Assembly (NCBI GenBank): GCA_017934955.1
Contig: JAGBIO010000002.1
Location: 20,177-52,176 of the forward strand
Source: Clostridia bacterium
GTDB lineage: Bacteria > Bacillota > Clostridia > TANB77 > RGIG9151
Direction: 5' to 3'
Length of the DNA stretch: 32,000 nucleotides
In this document: in pieces, positions 25,938 through 32,000 of the stretch
Position numbering within the stretch: the first letter of the stretch is position 1
Layout of the letters: every line of letters starts with the position of its first letter
Notes under the pieces: model-generated
What the model was told of the DNA's origin: nothing
The model's database searches: none
What the model saw: the letters and a program-made list of their open reading frames with translations, nothing else
Translations under genes and position numbers: made by a program

Positions 25938-25966
25938 TTGTATTCCGGGCAAGAAAAGTATATGAT
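25938..25966 (+). promoter_or_regulatory. Candidate promoter for the 26089 gene
   Basis: TTGTAT (25938-25943), 17 nt, TATGAT (25961-25966). These are the same hexamers as the secG candidate. This would put the repeat at 26014-26041 in the 5' UTR. Confidence 0.4.
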
Positions 25967-26013
25967 AATAGTGGATTGAAAAAAAATATTTTTAATGGTC
26001 TGTTTGTTGAAAT

Positions 26014-26041
26014 GGAGACAGTATGAATGCTGTCCGTACGG
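26014..26041 (+). repeat. Degenerate core GGAGACAGTATGAATGCTGTCC + GTACGG
   Basis: Aligns to the family with a 2-nt insertion and one stem mismatch. Confidence 0.7.
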
Positions 26042-26088
26042 GACAGAGGAACTTTAATGAAAAGGAAAATTACGGAGGAGGAATTGGG

Positions 26089-27861
26089 ATGGAATACAAG
26101 GATGATGAAAATTTGGAGAAAGAGAATTTGAAGGAAGAAACTGAGAATAAAGTTACGGAAGAAACGACAGTGGAATCTGCGGAGAAGGAAAATGGAAACG
26201 GAGGAGAAAATGTTTCTGAGCAAGAAATTCCGAAGAATAATAATCTTGCGCTTTCTTTTGTTGTGACGTTTCTGATTATTGCGGTGATTGTTGTTTTTGT
26301 GATTATGACCGTTGTTCCGCTGGTTTCGTCGAAGGAGAAGTTTTTTAAGATTTCGCAGAATGCGGGTGCCGAAATCGGGAATATGATAGAGAATTTGGGC
26401 GATTCTGTGTTTGGAAAGATGCTGACCATCGGACCGAAAGAGAAATTTCAGGCTACGACAGATTTGGAGTTGGCCTTGGAGACGAAGGATCAAGAATTAT
26501 TGGATATTATTTATGGGTTTAAGAACTTAAAATTAACTTTAAATCAAGATTTTGATTTAGGAAATCATTATACGGCGTCTGAGGCGAAGGTTTTGATAAA
26601 TGACGAGGATTTTGTGTCGGCGGATGTTTTGGAGGATGATACTTATATTGCGTTAAAGTCTGCCGGGATCGCGGATCAGTATTTGAGAGCGGAGAAGAAT
26701 AATCTTCATTCGGTTTGGCATCGTTTGAATATGGAGGGGCCGGATCAATTAGGGTCTCAAAATGAGGTTTTTGAAAAGTTACAGTTGACAAAAGCGGAAA
26801 AGAAAGAGTTTGAGAATACATTTAAACGAGTATTTAATGCGGTGAAGAAGTTATATACTAACGCTGATTTTACTGAGGGGACGGAGGCAATTCATTATAA
26901 CAATGCGGATAGGACACTTTCTTATGTGGATTTGAAGTTGACTTCGAAGAAGATGAATGATTCTGTGATTGCGATTTTGGAACAACTTCAGAAGGAGACG
27001 AAGGCGATTGATATTCTTGTTGCGAAGTTAAACGGTGTGGGAGAAGTTTATGAAGCAATGGGATATGAGAATACGGTATGGACGCAAGAAGAAGTTTTGA
27101 ATATGATTGAGGATATGTTAGAGGAGATTCGTGATTTCGAGGTTTCGGAAGAGGAGGGAATGCTTCTTCGCGTGTATTATTCCGGTTGGGATTTAACGCC
27201 GATGGGATTGGCGATGTTTATGTTGCCGACAGATGAAGTGTATGATTTTAAGTATGCGGATGGCTTTAATAAGTTGCTTGCAGATAAAGAGGGCGGCTAT
27301 TATGAATATTCTGATCAAATTCAGGAATATGTAGATGTGGTTTCGACAAATGCGAAGGTAGATACGCATCAATTTGAGATTCGTTATAAGAATTATACGT
27401 CCGGTGAAGTGCTTAGTGATTATACAGAGAAATATACTTTTACAGTGGATTATTCGAATAAGAATAAATTGATTTGCAATTTGAAGGATCCTGACGGTTA
27501 CATTGATTATACGTTGAGTGGTGAGATTAACGGTAAGGTGCAGACGCTTAAGCTAACGATGAAGGACTTTTACGAGGAAGGCGAAACGAATGATTTGAAT
27601 TTGACGGTTACTTTAAATCGGAATGCTGATGTGACTCGGAAAGAGTTGGCTGCGGGTGAGTTCTTGGATTTGAATAATGCTTCGGAGGAAGAATTTAATG
27701 CTACGATTGCGAATGTGAAGGCGAAGTGGGATGCTTTTGTGGCGACGAATGAAACGAAAATCAATCAGTTTTCGACGATTGTGGGGGCGTATATGACGAT
27801 GTTGATGCCTTATGATCCATATGATTACAGCGGTTTGATGTTGGAGGATGCACAAGGTTAA
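26089..27861 (+). CDS. Hypothetical membrane-anchored protein (acidic N-terminus, one TM, large extracytoplasmic domain)
   Basis: Start ATG 26089 after GGAGGAGG. TM LALSFVVTFLIIAVIVVFVIMTVVPLV. No recognisable family. Confidence 0.75.
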   Translation: MEYKDDENLEKENLKEETENKVTEETTVESAEKENGNGGENVSEQEIPKNNNLALSFVVTFLIIAVIVVFVIMTVVPLVSSKEKFFKISQNAGAEIGNMIENLGDSVFGKMLTIGPKEKFQATTDLELALETKDQELLDIIYGFKNLKLTLNQDFDLGNHYTASEAKVLINDEDFVSADVLEDDTYIALKSAGIADQYLRAEKNNLHSVWHRLNMEGPDQLGSQNEVFEKLQLTKAEKKEFENTFKRVFNAVKKLYTNADFTEGTEAIHYNNADRTLSYVDLKLTSKKMNDSVIAILEQLQKETKAIDILVAKLNGVGEVYEAMGYENTVWTQEEVLNMIEDMLEEIRDFEVSEEEGMLLRVYYSGWDLTPMGLAMFMLPTDEVYDFKYADGFNKLLADKEGGYYEYSDQIQEYVDVVSTNAKVDTHQFEIRYKNYTSGEVLSDYTEKYTFTVDYSNKNKLICNLKDPDGYIDYTLSGEINGKVQTLKLTMKDFYEEGETNDLNLTVTLNRNADVTRKELAAGEFLDLNNASEEEFNATIANVKAKWDAFVATNETKINQFSTIVGAYMTMLMPYDPYDYSGLMLEDAQG

Positions 27862-27869
27862 AGATTTTT

Positions 27870-27906
27870 GGCTCTTGTCTTTTGTGAGGCAAGGGTCTTT
27901 TGTTTT
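27870..27906 (+). terminator. Intrinsic terminator
   Basis: 10-bp stem GGCTCTTGTC / GGCAAGGGTC (with G-U pairs), 8-nt loop, then a T-run. Confidence 0.55.
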
Positions 27907-27973
27907 CTGAGAAATTTTTGTTATGGATCAGACAATCTTTTTTATATCTTCCTAAAATAATGATACAATTTGT

Positions 27974-28003
27974 TGTAGGAACACAATAAATTGTGTCCCT
28001 ACA
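27974..28003. repeat. Variant core flanked on both sides by the tail: TGTAG-GAACACAATAAATTGTGTCC-CTACA
   Basis: Same CA/TG stem variant as 22342-22361, with one extra A in the 5' arm. Confidence 0.8.
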
Positions 28004-28053
28004 GAGGGGGAGAGGTAATAAGGTAAAGAATAAGGCTGATTTTGGAGGAGAAG

Positions 28054-28878
28054 ATGAAGAAATATAAGAAGATTTATGTGGAGATTACGAATTGTTGTAA
28101 TTTGAGTTGTTCATTTTGTCCGAAGAATATGCGAGAACCTCGTTTTATGAGTGTGGCGGAGTTTCGAGAGGTTAATGAGAAGATTCGGGATTTGACAGAT
28201 CATTTGTATTTTCATGTGATGGGGGAGCCGCTTTTGCATCCGGAGTTGGAGGAACTTTTTAAGATTGCGGGAGAGTTTGGAAAGAAGGTTAATCTTACGA
28301 CAAATGGAGTGCTGATTCAGAAGGTCGGGGAGAAACTTTTGATGGCGGAGAGTTTGCGGAAAGTTAGTTTTTCTTTGCATAGTTTTGAGGCGAATGAGAA
28401 GGAATGTAGCTTTGCGGAGTATTTGGCGGATATTGTTGCGTTTGTAAAGGTAGCGGCGAAGTGTGGGATTCTTTGCGAGTTTCGTTTTTGGGACGGGACG
28501 GCGAAGGAGGATGAGAAGATTACGTTGTTAGAGAAGGCGTTTGGACATAAATTTGACGGAAATAACAGAATCTGCGATAATGTTTTTTGGGGCTTCGGCG
28601 AGAGATTTGAGTGGAATACCGAGAAGAAGCGGAAGGTTGGCTTTTGTTACGGATTGAGAGATCATTTCGGTATTTTGGCGGATGGAACGGTGGTTCCGTG
28701 TTGTTTGGATAATGAGGGGACTCTTGCTTTGGGAAATATATTTCGGGAGGAGATTCATACAATCCTTTCGTCGGAGAAGGCGAAGAGGATTTATGATGGT
28801 TTTTCCGGTCATCGAGCGGTTTATGAGAAGTGTCAGGCGTGTGGATTTATTGAGAGATTTGGGAGGAATGAAGGATGA
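28054..28878 (+). CDS. Radical SAM protein with C-terminal Cys-rich (SPASM/twitch-like) region
   Basis: CNLSCSFC (CX3CX2C) near the N-terminus and C-terminal cysteines (VVPCCLDNEG, CQACGF). ATG 28054 after GGAGGAG. Confidence 0.8.
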   Translation: MKKYKKIYVEITNCCNLSCSFCPKNMREPRFMSVAEFREVNEKIRDLTDHLYFHVMGEPLLHPELEELFKIAGEFGKKVNLTTNGVLIQKVGEKLLMAESLRKVSFSLHSFEANEKECSFAEYLADIVAFVKVAAKCGILCEFRFWDGTAKEDEKITLLEKAFGHKFDGNNRICDNVFWGFGERFEWNTEKKRKVGFCYGLRDHFGILADGTVVPCCLDNEGTLALGNIFREEIHTILSSEKAKRIYDGFSGHRAVYEKCQACGFIERFGRNEG

Positions 28879-29120
28879 GATTGGATAAATTTTTGAAGGT
28901 TTCGAGAGTGATTAAGAGAAGAAGTGTGGCGAATGAGGCGTGCGATTTGGGGCGTGTGAAGGTGAATGATAAAGTGGCGAAGGCTTTTACTGAGGTAAAA
29001 GTGGGAGACGTGATTGAGATTAAGTTTGGGGAGAATTGGGTGAAGTTTGAAGTTTTGAATGTGGCGATGAGTATTAAGAAGGAAGATTGCAAGGAAATGG
29101 TTAGATTGATGGAAGAGTAA
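28875..29120 (+). CDS. rqcP: S4-domain RNA-binding protein, YabO/RqcP (Hsp15-like) family
   Basis: 81 aa. MRLDKFLKVSRVIKRRS...GRVKVN...VKVGDVIEI closely resembles B. subtilis YabO as I recall it. ATGA overlap with the upstream stop. Confidence 0.65.
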   Translation: MRLDKFLKVSRVIKRRSVANEACDLGRVKVNDKVAKAFTEVKVGDVIEIKFGENWVKFEVLNVAMSIKKEDCKEMVRLMEE

Positions 29121-29135
29121 TTTGGAGGCTAAATT

Positions 29136-30494
29136 ATGGTGGAGAAGAATAAGGAATATGTTACGGAAGTTTTGGATTTGACGCATGAGGGATTGGGCGT
29201 TGCGAAGGTGGAAGGTTTTGCAGTTTTCGTGGAAGGGGCGTTACCGAGAGAACAAATTCGGATGAAGATTGTGAAGGTGACGAAGAATTTTGCTTACGGG
29301 AAGTTGTTAGAAATTTTAGAACCGTCTTCGAAGCGGCGTCCGGTGACTTGTGATACGTTTAAGAAGTGTGGGGGATGTGCACTTTGTCATATGTCTTATC
29401 CGGCGACGTTGGAGTTTAAGCGGAAGGTGGTGCGGGATAGCTTTTTGCGAATCGGGCATCGGGATGTTGCTGTGGAAGAGACGATTGGAATGGAGGAGCC
29501 TTATTTTTATCGGAATAAGGTTCAGTTTCCGGTGGGCTTGTCTGCGGATGGTAAGGTGATTACGGGATTTTATGCGAATCGGACGCATGATATTGTTTCG
29601 GTGAATGATTGTTCGATTCAGTCGCGGATTGCGAATAAGTTGATTTTGAATATTCGGGAGTTTTTACGGGAGAATAAAGTGCCAATTTATGATGAGAAGA
29701 CGCAGACGGGTTTGGTTCGTCATGTGATTATTCGAAATTCTGAGAAGACCGGTGAGGTTATGGTGATTTTGGTGACGAAGGAGGAAGCGTTTGCGCAGAA
29801 GGAGGCGTTTGTTTCTTTTGTTTTGGAGAAGTGCAGTAAAGTGGTTTCGATTATGCAGAATATTAATCCGAAGAATACGAATGTGATTTTGGGGGAAAAG
29901 AATATTCGGTTGTACGGGAAGGATACGATTAAGGACTATATTGGGGAGTTTTCTTTTAATATTTCGCCGAATTCCTTTTTTCAGGTGAATGCGCGGCAGA
30001 CGGAGGTTTTGTATCGGAAGGCGTTGGAATTTGCGGATTTGTCGGGGAATGAGACGGTGTTTGATTTGTATTGCGGAATTGGTTCGATTTCGTTATTTTT
30101 GGCGAAGAAGGCGAAGCGTGTGTACGGCGTTGAGGTTGTGAAGCCGGCGGTGCAGAATGCGAAGGAGAATGCGAAGGAGAACGGAATTACGAATGCGGTG
30201 TTTTATTGCGGTAAGGCAGAGGAAGTGGTTCCGAAACTTTACAGCGAGGGGATTCGTGCAGATGTGGTTGTGGTGGATCCGCCGCGAAGCGGTTGTGATA
30301 AGGTTTTGATTGATACGATTTTGGAGATGAAGCCGAAGAAGATTGTGTATGTGAGCTGTAATCCGGGAACGTTGGCTCGTGATGTGGCGGCGCTTGAGGG
30401 GTATGAGGTAAAGATGGTGCAGCCAGTGGATATGTTCCCGTGGAGCTTCCACGTCGAGACGGTAGTAGAGATATGTAAAGTCGAAACCTTGTAA
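29136..30494 (+). CDS. rlmD: 23S rRNA (uracil-C5)-methyltransferase, RlmD/RumA family
   Basis: TRAM N-terminus, Fe-S cysteines (CDTFKKCGGCALCH), SAM motifs (DLYCGIGSISL, DPPRSGC), catalytic YVSCNPGTLARD. Confidence 0.88.
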   Translation: MVEKNKEYVTEVLDLTHEGLGVAKVEGFAVFVEGALPREQIRMKIVKVTKNFAYGKLLEILEPSSKRRPVTCDTFKKCGGCALCHMSYPATLEFKRKVVRDSFLRIGHRDVAVEETIGMEEPYFYRNKVQFPVGLSADGKVITGFYANRTHDIVSVNDCSIQSRIANKLILNIREFLRENKVPIYDEKTQTGLVRHVIIRNSEKTGEVMVILVTKEEAFAQKEAFVSFVLEKCSKVVSIMQNINPKNTNVILGEKNIRLYGKDTIKDYIGEFSFNISPNSFFQVNARQTEVLYRKALEFADLSGNETVFDLYCGIGSISLFLAKKAKRVYGVEVVKPAVQNAKENAKENGITNAVFYCGKAEEVVPKLYSEGIRADVVVVDPPRSGCDKVLIDTILEMKPKKIVYVSCNPGTLARDVAALEGYEVKMVQPVDMFPWSFHVETVVEICKVETL

Positions 30495-30826
30495 TATGCA
30501 TTATCACCGGTTTTCAAGAAATTGGGCTAAAGAAGAAAAATGATTAAAAAAGTCAAAAAACACCTTTCCCTTTGATGTTATGTAAAGTTCCGATGTTCAA
30601 CCCTGCACGTGTGGGTATGTCGAAAGGTGGTATGCGTAGATATAAGGAATTTATCTTTTGATAAAAAATAATTTATAAAGTTGAAAAAAAATATATATTT
30701 GTCCGTTTTTTTAGACACACTGGTTATTTATTAAGTGTAAGGAAAATTTGTACCTTGATAAATGAATAGTGTGTTTTTTATTTTGGGATAATCGGACAAA
30801 ACTAAAAAAGAAAGTGAGGTATAAAA

Positions 30827-31885
30827 ATGGAGTATATTTTAGAATTAAAGCAAATTGTTGATTATCCACGAGTTAGAGTTTATCGTGAATTTATTCAAAC
30901 TTTAATAAATCATAAAGAATTATCAGTAAAGGGGAATTGTAATTTGTTTAACTACATAGTTTTATGCTGTTATGCGAATTATAGTACTTCAAAGAAAAGT
31001 ATTGACGGAAAAAAATATCTGATAGCACCAGGACAGTGGCTCTGTTCAATTAAAGATATAATGAAATGGTTTAATTTAACAAAGGCAAAAAGTTTAGAAG
31101 TTTTAGAGAACTTACAAAAACTTGATGTTATAGAATATGAAATAATAAACGAATATGTTTTTTATAAAATTATAGATTGGGGTAAATCTAACTCATTTAT
31201 GGAATATGAAGCACATTGTCAAAAAGATGATGGCTTTTTCTTTTTTCCGTTTGATTATATTGATAGGTTCTTAAAACAAGGTGAAAAATGCTCTGAAAAG
31301 GATATATTGATGGATTTATGGCTTAATACTATTTATAATGACAATAGAGTAGATGGATCTAAAGTAGGACCAGTAGTTTATTTCAGAAATGGAACCGGAA
31401 ATCCGAGAACCTGCTATAGTTTTTTGGCAAAAAGATGGAATAGTTCAAAAGCTACAGTATGCAGACAATTAGAAAAACTACAAGAAAATAATTATATTAC
31501 TTATATTAATTTTTCAGGAAGATACGGGAGTGTAATTTACTTAAATGGATATATGTCTTTGATGTTTAGAATATCAGATGTACCTATTGATAAGAAAGAA
31601 GTAGCTTTGGCATTGAAATTAAAAATTGAACTTGAAGAAGAAATTGAGGAAAATATCGTTTCGGAAGAAAAGATTATCGTTTCAAAAAGTGGTCTAAAAA
31701 TTATCGAAGAAAAACTTAAAGAAACACTTAATTTATCAGGGTTTGGCTGTGCTGTTTGCAAAGCAAGTTCCTCTCTATTATATAGATTATCTTTAGACTG
31801 CAATATGTATATGTTTAAAGTACTATGTAAGAAAGGAAAAGATTACAAATTTTTAACTAAAATTAGGAGAGAGAATTCGGGTTAG
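30827..31885 (+). CDS. Hypothetical protein with two winged-helix-like segments (possible replication/DNA-binding protein of a mobile element)
   Basis: 352-aa ORF, RBS AGTGAGG. Two similar segments (...WFNLTKAKSLEVLENLQKLDVIEY, ...RWNSSKATVCRQLEKLQENNYITY). The function is a guess. Confidence 0.6.
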   Translation: MEYILELKQIVDYPRVRVYREFIQTLINHKELSVKGNCNLFNYIVLCCYANYSTSKKSIDGKKYLIAPGQWLCSIKDIMKWFNLTKAKSLEVLENLQKLDVIEYEIINEYVFYKIIDWGKSNSFMEYEAHCQKDDGFFFFPFDYIDRFLKQGEKCSEKDILMDLWLNTIYNDNRVDGSKVGPVVYFRNGTGNPRTCYSFLAKRWNSSKATVCRQLEKLQENNYITYINFSGRYGSVIYLNGYMSLMFRISDVPIDKKEVALALKLKIELEEEIEENIVSEEKIIVSKSGLKIIEEKLKETLNLSGFGCAVCKASSSLLYRLSLDCNMYMFKVLCKKGKDYKFLTKIRRENSG

Positions 31886-31898
31886 GAGTGATGAATAA

Positions 31899-32000
31899 AT
31901 GATTAAGGATGAAAAATGGTACTTTCATAACACAAAAGAGCTATTAAAAAAATATAGACAAGTAATGATGTGTGTTGGTGAAAACTTAGATGAGATAGAG
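31899..32000 (+). CDS. 5' part of an ORF truncated by the window end (possibly a small phage/ICE-type transcriptional regulator)
   Basis: ATG 31899, 10 nt after AGGAG. 34 in-frame codons (MIKDEKWYFHNTKELLKKYRQVMMCVGENLDEIE) reach the window edge. Confidence 0.45.
   Translation, partial: MIKDEKWYFHNTKELLKKYRQVMMCVGENLDEIE

Larger units (their letters stand above)
30495..32000 (+). mobile_element. Probable edge of an integrated element or genomic island abutting the rlmD 3' end (incomplete, runs off the window)
   Basis: GC is clearly lower from about 30660 (17 G+C in the 60-nt line 30841-30900, versus 23-33 in sampled host lines). The host-typical NCG codons and the G excess are lost, and no family repeats occur. 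No integrase is visible. Confidence 0.5.

Noticed and set aside
30578-30660. An ORF continuing from the second TATGTAAAGT copy (LCKVPMFNPARVGMSKGGMRRYKEFIF) as a displaced original rlmD C-terminus
   Set aside because: It has no start codon or RBS of its own, and it does not resemble RumA-family C-termini as I remember them. The 10-nt repeat alone is noted in the junction finding.

Overview
Chromosomal backbone of a Firmicutes/Clostridia-type genome, called by eye from motifs and the ORF track only. No searches were run. Housekeeping genes are prs, nadK-recN, kduD, hsp20, thiI-mutL-miaA-hfq, sepF, divIVA, secG-rnr, mutS2, rqcP-like and rlmD, plus one tRNA-Arg(TCT). 28 of 31 called CDS lie on the + strand. 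The + strand has a large G-over-C excess whatever the gene orientation. Three things stand out. (1) About a dozen of the roughly 30 intergenic gaps carry a REP-like element. There are 19 copies of a 20-nt palindrome GGACAGCAT-NN-ATGCTGTCC abutted by a GTAG/GTAC tetranucleotide. They occur as singletons, tandem arrays and inverted doublets (REPIN-like). Some variants have compensatory stem changes, a second core (GGGACGGCGTCC...) sits in the same scaffold, and one copy is split in its loop by a 90-nt structured insert. No transposase is in the window. (2) A four-gene cassette at 3889-7236 fills the slot after recN. It encodes two unknown proteins, an orphan VirD4/TraG-type coupling ATPase and a 56-aa membrane peptide. 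Its composition is host-like, and no relaxase, VirB4 or integrase is nearby. (3) Downstream of rlmD (stop at 30494) the host signature ends; base composition and codon usage become clearly AT-rich, with NCG codons lost, from about 30660. This is probably the edge of an integrated element that runs off the window. Several track ORFs have false N-terminal extensions or are antisense artefacts caused by the repeats and the strand skew, so starts were re-called where an RBS supports it.
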